NCBI GenBank assembly: GCA_001179505.1
Contig: CDMY01000055.1
Coordinates: 62,001 to 126,000, forward strand
Direction of reading: 5' to 3'
Length of the DNA stretch: 64,000 bases
From: Vitrella brassicaformis CCMP3155
Lineage: Eukaryota; Protista; Chromerida
Shown here piece after piece: positions 11,095 to 23,760 of this stretch. The notes under the pieces were generated by a model. The model did not search any database. It was not told where the DNA came from and worked only from the letters and a program-made list of their open reading frames with translations. Each line of letters opens with the position of its first letter. Within the stretch, counting starts at the first letter, position 1. A program made the position numbers and the translations under genes.

Positions 11095-13481
11095 TTAGGC
11101 AGAAGGAAAGTAATATGGGCAGTAAGCTTTCGGGTCTGCATATGGCTCAGGTAGGATACCCCTGGGCTGTGCAACGGTGCGGCTGATGGTACGCCGCACA
11201 GACATCAAGAATAACGGCAGCCATATCGAAATGCTACACACACACGCGGACAGAAAGAGAGAGACAGAAAAAGACAAATGCTGTGAGCCGGGATACCGAT
11301 CGATAATGCGCCGTACCAGAAGCCGGCGAACAGGAACAAGGTCAGTATTATACGGCGAAGAACGCCTTTCTCAGACCTGGACGAAGGCATGGGAAGGTTG
11401 TTCCACCTCATCAAAATACACAGCACGCACAGCTCGAATAGCTGCTCGATAGCCACCTGTAAGACCAAACCCATGCCTTCCTCCACAAGCTGCTCCCATG
11501 ACGCGCCTGCGTAAGCTTGGGCCGTAAGTACAGCCAGGTTGGTAAACAAGAGGGCCACCAACTCACAGGTGGACCAGATGTTCACCTGGTCGGATAGTGC
11601 ACGTAGATACCTGCAATGAGTACACGTAAGTGCACACTGTGTAGATGGTGTCTGAGTCTATTGTGGCCGCGAGTACCTTGGAGACACTTCAAGTGAGGCA
11701 AAGGCCGACTGCAGCCCTCCGACTGGACCAGGAGGAGACAGCGCTGCGCTCATGATTGAGCTTTGACGTCTTAGCGGATGACTGTTCTTTCTCTTGCTGT
11801 GCTGGGTCTTCGTAGCGTCGTTGTCCTTGCCCATGGCTGATCCACTGACCGCCTCCGCTTTGGTCGCCGTCACCGCGATGTCGGTGAAGCAATAAGCTGT
11901 GGGTGCCTGTCTCTTGCACCGGGCCTTGACAAACCTCTTGGCCGACAGGTAAAGTAAAATTGCTGATGCATACAAGGAGACAAGCATAATTGACCAAGAA
12001 TTCACTGATGTGTTCATGGCAGACGCGCGTACAGTAGGGGGAGGAAATGTCCATGATCAGGTCACAGATTGAGATGAGGACAGAGTAGATGAGTTTGGTG
12101 TTCAGCTTCACGGCCTCGGCTTGGAGCATGCCTGATCAGGAACATTACACCCTCTATTGTACGTCTGTCAGCCATGAAGAGGTGACTGACGTGGGAAGAT
12201 GACGTAGACTATCGCAGGCAGTGCTATAAGCAGCGAATTGCACGTGGGAACTCCCTCCTGGATACACATAACATCATGAGAAACAAAGTCGGCTGTCTCT
12301 TAATTGGCTCTCTTAGTCAGTTCGTACTTTGAGCGACCGCACGAGTTTATTGACAAGTCCGATAGCGGGCATGAAGACTGCGAGATATATGACAGCCATC
12401 CAGAATCGGTCCCTGTCAGTGGATGATGCAGCAGCAAATCGTGGCGAGAGGGCAGCGACCCAAATTATTGCCATAGTGTATGCCATCGTGACAGCTGCCG
12501 TGACCTTCATAACATACTCTCGTCTGGCCCTAATTCTCAACGAACCCGCAACGCGCCAGAAGTACACAAAGAAAGCCGCATAATGTGAGCTCCAGTAAAT
12601 CGGAATGATGATGTTTCTTCTTTCTTGGCTGTCGAAATGGAGCTCATGACCAATAGAGATCAACAGACCCAGCGCCAATGCTGGAAGAAAAACGAGCCAC
12701 TCTCTTCAGCCGCACGATCATTCGTCGCAGGTCGGTCCCATCTGTGACGAGCACGACCATGAGCAGCTGCATGAGAGTTTCTATAATGCGGCGAAGGATG
12801 CCAAACACCGGCCCAAACGTACTTGACAGACAACAATATGTGAACATTACAGTGCAACCGACGAGGACGATCGCAATGGCGAGGAGCAATTGCTGACTGC
12901 TGAAGTAGAGCCACAGAAATTCGCCTCAAGGTCATCATGAACGGCTCGGGCTCAAAAGTTGCACCAACAAACACCTCTGTTGTGCTGCCGTCGGGGTGGT
13001 TAATCGTCTTGTACTCCAGTGTGGTGGACCACTCTTCAAAACTAGCCTCGCAGCCTGCCGCCTCCCTAAATTCACGGACCAAATCCACTACAATACGCTC
13101 CTCACGACGCAGTTCAGGGGCAGAGGTGGATTCTCTCGTGTCACCTATCCCAATTGGGTTTGTGCCGATGGTTGATGAATTGGTCGATGTCATCGGGGCC
13201 CGTCCTTCGTGATGTGTTTCGTCGCCATGCGCTGTGGTTGTGATGCATGGCGCTGTGTTGTTTGTCTCTTCAACGTCGTGCTGTTGTTGGCTGACTGAGG
13301 ATGAGAGATTGGACGACGAGAAGGTCGAAAGAGCGGCTGGTTGGTGTACACATTCATCCCCAGGTGATTGAGGCGGTCTCACAGCCTCGCCTTTCACCGT
13401 CAACGCGGACATTGTCGACACTTTGTGTCGACCGTTGACCGTTTTCCAAGATGCGAGCTTTTTATGCGAGCCAAGCGGCAC
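11095..13481 (-). pseudogene. Multi-pass membrane protein relic with several frameshifts
   Basis: Hydrophobic helices continue across frames (MMTL/GEFLWLYF, RVAR/VFLPALALGLL, LIMDI/..MNTSVNSWSIMLVSLY) without credible introns at the switches. Confidence 0.55.
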
Positions 13482-14189
13482 GACATCTACGTCATGACAT
13501 CTCCGTGGACAGGCCGCTAGGCGCTATCCTTACTGTCCATCTACTTGTTCGCCTTCCTCCGCTCTGGCGGGATTCAGATCGTCACCATCCGTGCGCTAGA
13601 TCATACGGCCCTGCATATCGCCAGCAGGCTGTTGCCCCAGCAGATCACGTGCTCTCAAGCCCGACAAAAGTAGCAGCAGCAGCGGCAGCCGCGACAGGGG
13701 AGGAGTAGGGGAGGATGATGAAGAAGAAACAGAAGAGGTGCGTGGTGGGCGCATGCAGACGGATGCTACACATCGTCACTCGAGGTGCTGTTTGTGTTGA
13801 CGTTTCTGCAGGAGAAACAGGCGGCCATGATGGAGATGATGGACCAGTCAGTCCAGAAGGCCATCATAGAGGCGCGCACAAGGCGCACTGCCGGCGTTGT
13901 GGAGGACCGCGCCACACAGGTTCGTCGGGGCAGAAAGAGGCGCAAGGGCGAGGAGATGCGTGTGGCACTCACACTCGAGCGCATTGGACGGCACCAGTAG
14001 GACAGCACGAGGATAATGGACAAGCAGGGGTAGAGAAACAGGCTGCCGACACCATTGCCGTGGCGATGGAGGCAGCGCAGGAGGCCATCTCGTTCGGCCA
14101 GTATGCACTCGGTCAGCCACAGATCACACGCAGACGCATGTAACCAATCATTGTGTGTCTGGTCTGTGTGTGTCGCCCCAGACGCAGAG

Positions 14190-14870
14190 AGCCGGGCCGT
14201 CAGCCTCCTCACTCACCTTCACAGGACATACGACGCGCCACCGAGGCCCTCTCTTGGCGACGACTATCGGCACGACCATTGTGGCGGCGATCTGGACGGC
14301 GGTGTGGATGATTCGGATGGCGAGGGAGTCATCAATGGCATGATGTCGCCTGTGGTGCGGCCTTTTCCCTTCGGCCGCTGGCCTGATTTCGACGAGCCTG
14401 TGTGGCGGTCGGTGTTGAGGAAATGTGTTGAGGGCGAGAGGGACATAGCAGCAGCAGGAGGGGCCGAGGAGCCTGTCACTATCTACGGCAGCGACCGGCA
14501 CGAGGGCGCCATTGCGATGGCCCGCGACGCAGCGAGACGGGCCGGGGTGAGTGACCACATCCACTTTTCCCACAACGACGTTGCCCATCTGCAGTTGCCG
14601 CACCGCGACAAGCCCGACGTGATTGTGACCAATCCGCCGTGGGACATTCGGCTGAGCAGTGACGCCAGGGCGGCGTGGGAGGCGATGAGGGCGTTTGTGT
14701 GCGAGAGGGCGGGAGGGGGCCAGGCCTGGCTGCTGTGCGGGGGCAATGCGCAAGACGAGCTGTTCGGTGCGATGCGCATGCGGGCGGCCAAGAAGCGGAG
14801 GATTGTGCAGGGGGGCGTCGAGATGAGCTTGAGGGCCTTTGACATATGGGACCTACACAGAGACAGATAG
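14190..14870 (+). CDS. C-terminal half of an RlmL/THUMP-type (UPF0020) RNA m2G methyltransferase
   Basis: FPFGRWPDFDEPVW, IYGSDRHEGAIAMARDAARRAGV and DVIVTNPPWDIRL. Motif I (DPxCGSGT) and the THUMP domain were not found upstream. Confidence 0.7.
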   Translation, partial: SRAVSLLTHLHRTYDAPPRPSLGDDYRHDHCGGDLDGGVDDSDGEGVINGMMSPVVRPFPFGRWPDFDEPVWRSVLRKCVEGERDIAAAGGAEEPVTIYGSDRHEGAIAMARDAARRAGVSDHIHFSHNDVAHLQLPHRDKPDVIVTNPPWDIRLSSDARAAWEAMRAFVCERAGGGQAWLLCGGNAQDELFGAMRMRAAKKRRIVQGGVEMSLRAFDIWDLHRDR

Positions 14871-15957
14871 AGAGACGCACAGGGGGAAAAACAGAGAAGG
14901 ACCGTAGGAGAGGGAGGGGAGGGGAGGGAACAGATGACTGAGGGAGGGAGAGGACTGTCCACGGTAAATATTGGCTGCGTCGGTAGTATTTGTCATGCCT
15001 GCCTGCACCACACGCACCCACCGCCCGCCCGCCATGTGTGACTGTCTATTATGCGTGTGTGTGTGCGTCTGGTGCACTAGTCTGGTGTTTATGGCTCGGC
15101 TAGCTGTGTGTGTGTGTGTGTGTCTGTGTGTGTGTGTCCGTCTCACTCTCGCTGTGCGTCCATGGGTTCTTGGCCGATTTGCCTGGGGCCTGTTGACATG
15201 AGTATTGAGAGTGAGACTTCACCTCACTCACTAAGTTGTGTCTTCCTGTCAACTGACACACATGGGTTCGCCATTTATCCTTTCCACTCGGTTGCACCAC
15301 TTCCGACCTCACTGCACAGACAGAGCATCATGCACGAACAGATACCCTCTGTGCCGCACACACACGTTTCACCCTCGTCGACACACATGAATGACGCCTG
15401 TGTGCGTGGGAGTGTTTTCCGCCTGCTGCTGCTCCGACTTCTCAGACCCCACACGTCAAAACGGACTTGCAATGGGAAAAAACCTCTTCGCTCCCGATCG
15501 CGGGGAAGAAATGCGAGCTTAGAAGCGCAAAAGGAGGAGAGAGAGCCCTCAGGAGATCTGCAGCAGAGAGGCTCACAAGTGCACTGCCTCATCGCACTGC
15601 ATCGAGTGCATCTATAGATGCTCGAGTTTCTGATGGTGGTTCCTCTCTGCGACGCGTTTCTTTTACTCTCATCGTCACTCGTGGCTTGCTCGCCACTCCA
15701 GCGCATCCTGCAGCCAACCAATGAGTCGGATCCCTCCCCCCCCCTCCGTCCGGGGTGGCGTGACCCAGGCGGGTGACGTAGAATTGTTGCCGCGAAACCA
15801 CGCCGCGTTTAACAAGCCTCTCCCCCGTTAACGCCCTCCCCCATTAACGCCCTGGCGCCGGCGGCCGGCGTGGCGTCCTGGGTGCAGGCTTGTGCAACCA
15901 CTGTTCACGCCCAGTCATTCTGTTTCTCTCGTCACAGTTCTCCTTAGCTTTTCCGTC

Positions 15958-16937
15958 ATGGCGGGTGGCGGCCTCGTGATGCTCTTGGGCGCCGTCGCTG
16001 TGGCCCTCCCCGGGGTTCTGGGTCAGCGCTGGGTGGCAGGAGATTTCAATAACGGCAGAGGCAACGTCGTCTGGGGTCGTGGCTTCGCCCATGGAACCTG
16101 CCGAGATGTCAGCACGGGGGCCACGACTCCCAACCCGCTGATCTACACCGCACTTGATAACGGATATATTAATGCGGGTCGAGGCTGGGGTAAGTAAGGG
16201 AGCTAGGGGCAGTCCTACAGAATCAAAGTCATGTTCTTCCATTGTCATTTCTTCCCTGCCTGGTGCCTGTCTACCCGCAGGGGTCATCGGATGTAACGAC
16301 GAGACGAAAATCCATATGGTGGCGGCCCATACCGTCGTCCGTAACCGTGTACGAGGCCTGTCGGATGCCAGATACAAGACCAACATCCAGAGCGTTAATC
16401 GCACCAGCCTCAGCCATTTCTACGACGCCTATGCTAAGTTTCCGTTGAAGAAGTTCAACGAGGCCGTTGCTGAGGACGAAGCGGAGGGCCAACCACAGTA
16501 CATCGGTACGTGGCCGACCTTTGGCTGCAGTGCACTGCTGTTCTCCCTTATTCTTGCTCAACTCTCACCCATGTCTCTTTTGCTCGCAGGCGTCGTGGCT
16601 CAGGACTTGCGCGAGTTGCTTCCCGAGGCGGTGGTCGAGACGCAGTACGAGAGCATCACTGCCGAGGGCGAAGTGATCAAGGGGGAGCCCACACTGTACG
16701 TGGACATGGACACCATCCTCTACAGTCACGTGAGTGGGCAACGGTAGAAGGTTCCTTTTCGTCGACTAGGTTGCCTTGAGAGTTGTTTCTCGGGTTCGAT
16801 TTGTTCAGATTGCGGTGACGAAGCAGCTCATTCAGAAGGTCGACAAGCTCAATGACACCAAAGAGCAGCTGCAGGAGACCCAAAGAGCGTTGAAGGTCCT
16901 GCAGGACCGCATGGACGCATTCGAGGGCGCCCATTAA
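15958..16937 (+). CDS. 241-aa secreted protein with Peptidase S74 / intramolecular chaperone auto-processing (ICA) domain; exons 15958-16189, 16281-16505, 16590-16729, 16809-16937
   Basis: Four GT-AG exons total 726 nt in frame. Signal-peptide-like N-terminus; SDARYKTNI, GVVAQDLRELLPEAV, LYVDMDTILYSHIAVTKQLIQKVDKL and a terminal coiled coil. Confidence 0.85.
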
Positions 16938-17070
16938 GGTCAAGGGTGATTGATGTGATAGTCCAGGAGGGACGCTGGCTGTCGTCAAGTTTGTGGTGCT
17001 GGAGGATAATCATTTCTCTATCGTTGCTTTTCACGTACACGCAGCGACGACGAGGGGCAGAATCACTGCA

Positions 17071-20000
17071 TCAGAAAAGGTTGGCCAATCGCCGCCGACT
17101 GCTCTGATTCTTCTTCAGTTGTTTTTCTTGTGCGACCATTTTGCTTTGTCTGATTCTGCTCTGCCTTGTCGGTGATCTGCGATTTCGCCGTTTCTCTCGC
17201 TTCGTTTCCTGAGCGATGGCTGCCATGCTATGCATCACTTCGGCTTTACACACATGAAATTCGCTTTCTTCGCAATCTTGAAACGGACTCGAGTATGCCA
17301 ACTGACGATCGAACTCATCGATGACTGACGCATGCACAATGAATTCACGCAAGGAGCATGAATGCAACGAGTCTGACAGTGTACACAATTCAGCCCATAC
17401 ATGGCCATGAAGCAGCCAAAACACACACACACGGTCCATCCATCCATCCATCATCGGCTATTTCAAGTTTGTGGGTCTGTTGCACCAACAAATATGTCAG
17501 TCATCAGGATGAACGGCACGCATACATCCATGCAATGCCTGCTATAGTCTGCTCTCCCTCCCTCCCTCCCGCCCCGGCCGCCCCGGCCGCTGTATGTGTC
17601 GTTGAATTATCTACCCGTCTCACTGTCTGTCTGTCTGTCTGCCTCATGGTACTTGGGCGGTCCGTATGTGTTGGTTGGTGCATGCCATGTGCTGTGTGGC
17701 GTAGTCAGTCAGTCGTGTCTGTCTGTTTTCCATCGGCCGGCCCACACGGCAGTGGGGCCCTTGAAACACTCCACAGCCGTCAACTACACCACACACCACA
17801 TAGGAAGAGAGAATCTGACACATTGATGTATACATGGAGGATGTGATGTGTATTCTATGTACCGTTGCTGGTGCCTTGCCGTCCTCAATCGCCTGGCAGG
17901 CATCGAGAAGGAGAAAGATGGAAACATAGATAGCCCGCCATATATATGCTCATACCTACCTGGCACATGTACGCGAAGGACTGGGCGTCCAGACGGCTGC
18001 CCGAGATCCGCTGGCCGTGCAGCGATATCAAATCCTTCCTGTGCTCACAAATGCATATACACATAAGACATCCATGTGTGTAACATGTGGAACGCATGTG
18101 TGTGTGCGTCTATGATGACTGGTTGCATTCGAGTAGGAGTGTCTGCAGCTCGCGCAGCACGGCCGCAAACGGACTGCGGAGCAACGGCGTGAAAACCACC
18201 ATGCGCTGCACAAACGATCGCGAGACACGGACCCTTGTATGGCCATGCATTCTCCATGCCCATGTCTCTGTGTACCTGTGTGGAGTTGCCATTGGTGCAC
18301 AGCAGACGATAGCCATTCTCCTGCTGGGGGCCCACAACACTGCACATGCACACATGCACCATTTGCATGTCACACACAAGAGTTCTATCTTCCCTGTCTG
18401 CCTCCTCATTCACCGATTCTCGATGGTGATGGCCGTTTTGGCCTCCGTGGCATCGGCACCGCAACGAGCATCACACTGCATGTGTGCACCACAGTAGAGC
18501 GTGTGCACACATGTCTCTCCCTCCCTGACGAGCTTCAAGCACTTACCATGACGGCTTTCTTGCCCGATGCGATGTGGGACCACTTAAGCACTCGAATGAA
18601 TGGCAGCAGATGCAACGCAGCACGCTCGTCACCTCCATACATAAACGCGACGAAAAGAAAAATATGCATGCACCTGGATGCCCTTGGTCTTTGTGCGTAC
18701 GTGGATATTCTGCGAGCGTTTCGGCGACCTCTTCATGGTCCTCCTTGGTCGCCTTGGGCAGCGGCACACGACGGGGGGCAGTCGTCTTGGGCTCCACACA
18801 CTCACGCTCAGTCACCGAACGACCCTCACGAACGGCAAAATCTGATCAAAAGGGATACACAGACACGCAAATGGGAGCATGGACGCCTCTTCGTTCCCTC
18901 TCGCACCCATGTCTTTGAGTATGATGTCTTTGATGTTCTTCTGCTGCTGTTGCTGTGCCGCCTTCTGACGCCCACCGCCGAAGAGCAGGTCCAGTGGCGA
19001 GGGAGCTGCCAGAGACTCCCCCGCATCCCCAGCCACAGCACCACCGCCCCCCTTGCCCACAGCCACATGATGCTGCTGCACCACACTCTGGTGCACAGAC
19101 GGACCGCCACCCCCACCAGCAGCAAACAGACCGCCACACGCTTGGGTCGTGGCGACCGGTTCCTCCACCATGGGGCGGGAGGGGGTGTGCGTTTGGGTGT
19201 TCTGGTAGGACGGGTATCGCTGCTCAGTGGTGTGGTCCTCTGTGTGTGCCGGGGGGATGTATGTGGGGGGATTGGTGTATGTCAGTGGGGGCTGCTGGTG
19301 CTGGTGCTGGTGGATGGGGGTGGGGGCTGGGATGGCGGGAGGAAGCAGCATGTGAGATGGCAGAGCTACGGGCTGATCAAAGACAGGGAAAGACGGACGT
19401 ATACACGCAAGCCAGGTGAGCTTCATTTGTATTTGAGTGTGACCTGGAATGTGGGTTGGTTGCTGATGTTGGTGTCGGTGATCGTCGTGGTGGCGCATTG
19501 CATCTTCTGTAGGGTGCTGATGTGTCGTTCGGCGGCGGCGAGTCGCTCGTCAATCTGAGCCAGCCACTTGCTGTGACCGCCCACCTCAGACATCTGACAT
19601 ACACCACAGAAAGAGACAAAGTGCAGGACAGAAAGAGAGCTTTTGTTGGGATGTGTTGTGTGTCGCAGGTGGTCTCACCGTCTGTGTGTGGATCTGCTGC
19701 AGTTCGTAGTGTTTGGCGCTCCACATGCCCATGTCGTGCACACACTGACTCAACACACCCTGATGCCCCTCAACCTGGACCAACACAGACACACAACATA
19801 GACCTCCACACGTGGTGCCGTGCCCTACACGCGCCGGTACCTGTCGTTTGATGGTATCGATTTGCATGGCTATGTCCTCCTGCACCCAGAACTGCATGCT
19901 GCACACGTTGCTCTGCACACGCTCCACCTCCTTCGCCAAATCCACCTGACACTGCAAAGCACGGGATAGATGAATTGGGCGCATCCATCCATCCATCCAT

Positions 20001-20730
20001 CGCTGAATCTGTAATCTTGTATACATGCTCCCACCTCCTTGATGGACTTGCTCGCCACGTATTCGCTGTTGGCGATGACCTGAAAAGAGAGAGAACACAC
20101 GTAGGACGTGGGCCGTTCTTCTCGCTCGCCTCTTCCCACCTGCGCCGCCCGCATGATTTCGATCTCCTTGAGCGCCTTGGCCACCTCAAAGGACGTCTGA
20201 CCCAACTGCACACATGAAACCATCGACAGATGCGTCCGAATGCATCTGCCGAAGTGTGCTGCTGCACAAACCTTGATCTTCAGCTGCTCGAGCCGTTTCT
20301 CGTGGTCACTCAGCTGCTTCCGAGCCTCCTCAGAGGTCTGACAAGACCACAGGATGGCACAGGTGGCATAGATGCATAGATGCGATGCACGCACCTCACT
20401 TCTTACCCAGCCGACCATGGGCGCGCTGGCGCGATACTCCTCAGTCTGCCTCTCTTGCTTGCCCACCCCGTCACCCACCACTTCCCGGTCCTTACCACCC
20501 GCCGCCCCGCTGCCGCTGTTTGGTCCATTCCGGTCCAGATCTGTCGCTGCGGTGGTGGATGTGGATGGCTTGGCCTCCACAATGGGTCGCTCGGACTGAA
20601 TTGAACACGTACTCGTCATCGACTGATGTAGCAGTGGGGGGTCTGGACGAGAACAGAAGAGGGGGGACCCTTTGTAAATGTAAATGCGCATTTGCAGTGG
20701 AATGCTGTCTCTCACAAAACTCTGAAACAA
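17071..20730 (-). CDS. Multi-exon coiled-coil/low-complexity protein(s), unknown function
   Basis: Series of coding-like exons bounded by GT/AG (EEARKQLSDHEKRLEQLKIK, LGQTSFEVAKALKEIEIMRAAQ, VDLAKEVERVQSNV..., Q/P/G-rich exon 18812-19498). May be more than one gene. Confidence 0.45.
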
Positions 20731-20974
20731 TGCAAACGAAACACCCTACCGGCGTCAGTTGACTGTGTGCTTGTGTGCTTGTATGTATCAGCCAAAAAAT
20801 CATGCAGTCCACGACCCATTCAGTGACTCACTCACTGCAATGAGTGCAGGCGGTCTGACACGCCCATGCCATAGTTTGGTCAGCACGTCTCACTTCACAC
20901 GATGTCCAGACACGTACATGCGCCATGCAGTCATGGACATATGAATGCAGTAATGCATTAGTTGAGTGAGGCGA

Positions 20975-23272
20975 CTACCCTTTCCATCGCATGAGCGGTG
21001 ACCATTCTTCCATACTGCTCACTGTGGCCGGCTGGCCGTCATGAAAGGTCTGACCCCGGCCTTCCTGGAAATACCGCGGGTCGGCATTGCCAAACAAAAC
21101 AGGATACCTGCAGGCGACAATACATACCGACACATCAGAAAAGAGAAGACGTCTTTTCTGCAATTGATGACCAATCTTCACCACACGTACCTGTGAGGGT
21201 TGCACTTGACGAACCATGGCGGCTCATTCAGCTTTAATTTATCATCTCCTTCGCCAAGCTGATTCAAACATACAATGGTATGATCAAGGGCTCTGCATAT
21301 ATATGGCACAACAATGGCTTTCTCACTCACCTCATGTTTTCGCATATATCGTCCTTCGTTGCGATACACTCGCGTATAGCCCTCTGAGTACAGTCTCCTC
21401 TGCGCCCACACCAATCGAGCCGCCATCTCATTGAAGAGCGCTCGAGGTGGTGTTCATGATGGGCTTCTAGCGGCGGCCAAATTGGCAAGCCGAAGAGCCT
21501 CCAAGTCACGCAGGCCAGTGTCTGAATATGAATGTCCTCGGGAGTGCTATAGGGAGACATACCTGTGTCTGCTCACCTGAGAGCGGTTTGTTGAGATTGG
21601 CCCGCAACTCGGATGGGAGGGCATCAGGCGGATCTCCAAATAGAGCATCGCCCATGCACGACTCACGGATGTAGATCTGACCCCTGCCTTCACCGTAGGT
21701 CGTATCTGAGATCGAACACAGCACATACGTGAGAACGCTTGGCATTGTCGCCTGTACATTTGACGAAAAGGAACGGGATGAAGTTGTAGTCTGTAATATG
21801 CCAGCTGCACTTGAAAGGAAGGGGGTGTAGTTTAAACATCTGAACGATAAGTCTTCATACCCTCCATAGAGCTTTGGCTGCACTAGTCGGCGGTAGAAGT
21901 ACATTCGGCGGCTCCTGACCAACTCAAAAGGCTGTGAAAGAAAGTCATCGACAATATTATATTTTGTCTCGTGCCCCCATTACCATTCATACCACGAAAG
22001 TGCCCCGCGGGGCTGTCCCATTAGGAAATTGGGAGAGTTGCATGTCCATCATCCCCGTGAACACGATATTGAAGTTGCCCGCCCAGCTGATGAGAACAAG
22101 TGCAGCATCCTCAAGAGGTTTGGCCAGCTCACAGTGCTTGATCAGCTTCATCACTTCGCCGGCAGGTATCTTGGATTCACAGAGCATAAAGAGACATGGT
22201 CAATGACGTCAACAGTGTCTGTCATGCGCACCTCATCTGGGTCGCTCATGAAGACCAGGTCTTCCCCAAGGCTGACATACTTGTGATCCATTTCCTCGTT
22301 GAGCTGCAGAAACCTCTGCACGACCTCGTTACGTGCCCACGACTGTGCTTCGAAGCACGCTTCATCGTTTTTGCAAGCTGGGCTGCTCTCATATTTTGTG
22401 CGCATCACTGATTCCGACAGCTCGATGACGAGAATTCGATCTCGCAAGTCACCAAACCTGGAAACAGCAATTCAATCACCCATCGATGACGTGCCATCGA
22501 TTCTTTCGACCATTGAGGGTCTTGCAGCGCCCGGGTCATCAAGAGAGGCTTCGAGCTCCCTGTCGAAGTCACCCGACTTTCCCCAGCGACAAACCAGTCG
22601 ACTGCGTGCCGCAACTCGTTGAAGCGCACCTCCGCCATATCTGAGTGTCAACACCAAAATCGGATCCATTCGCCCACCCGCAGACAGAATCTCACGTCTC
22701 ACCCAGGTCAAAGCCGAAGTAAAAGATATCGACAATTTTCCGCGGTCTGTCCAATCGTTTGCCCGACAGGAGCCCGGTGTGCCTGTCATTTGCTGTGCAG
22801 TCGCCGTCGCGTAGTTCAGTGTAGCTCGTTCAGTGTAGCTCGAGAGCGACACAGCTCGCATTGATGGGCACGGGAGGGGCAGACAAAACGTACGTGGACA
22901 AAGCGTCGATAACTCTTTGACGCATTTCTGCAGACAAACAGTGTAATTCCCATTCGACGACACACGGGACAGGCTTTTTGCAATCTTACGTCTCGGTGCG
23001 TATGGCTGGCTGGGATGCTTGGGCACGTCCCCGAAGTCGAAGGCCATAAGGGCGCCAACCAGGGAAGGGACGAAAGAAGCAGATGGTGCTGTTGTTGAGG
23101 GATCGGTGTGAACCTCAGTAAGGGATTCCACTATAATTGGCCTCTGGGTACGACGAGGGGCCAAGCGAGGGGCACGAAGGAAGGACACGAGAGAGGCGTG
23201 AGCGAGAAGGAAGCGATGAGAGAGAAACACAATAAGGAAAACAGCCCCACTGAGGCTCTGTGGAGTCGCCAT
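20975..23272 (-). CDS. Glycosyltransferase family 17 (MGAT3/GnT-III-like), type II membrane protein
   Basis: Short introns restore RPRKIVDIFYFGFDLD|MAEVRFNELRHAVDWFVAGES, FMSDPDE|IPAGEVMKLIKHC (DxD motif) and GG|WHIT; N-terminal hydrophobic anchor. The 3' end is uncertain. Confidence 0.8.
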
Positions 23273-23760
23273 TGCCGTCTCGGCGTCGTCTCGCGATGCC
23301 CCCACGACGTGGACTGATGCCCCCACGACCGCGCGCATCGGGTGAAGATTCGTTCGCCGCCAGACACAATGTGAGTAGATGGCACACACTGCATACATCC
23401 TGAGTCATTTTTTGGTGCTCTCGCTTTCAGATCTCCCTCTCAGGTCTGCAGTCGAGCTCGCAGACGAACCGCCGTGCGGATCTTCCTCTCCACTTTGCTG
23501 CCTGGCGTCACACACCATCACTGACTGTCCACATCGGGTGAGCAAGGAAACAGAGCACACGCATCAATGGCGTGTATTCAGAGTGGCTCCAGATGGATGC
23601 GGCTGCGTGTGTATGTGTGCAGGTTTGGTTTTTGCTTTCCCACTTGTCACATCGCCGCTGGCTTGCCACCAGCTCACGTAAGGGGGCAAACAAGGCGCTC
23701 TCAGACAGTCCGTCTGCATGCCACTCTGTGTTGTTCATTGTGCAGATATCTCAGTCACTG

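Noticed and set aside
18239-19558. 439-aa plus-strand ORF
   Set aside because: Antisense shadow of the low-complexity minus-strand exon; the composition is not protein-like.
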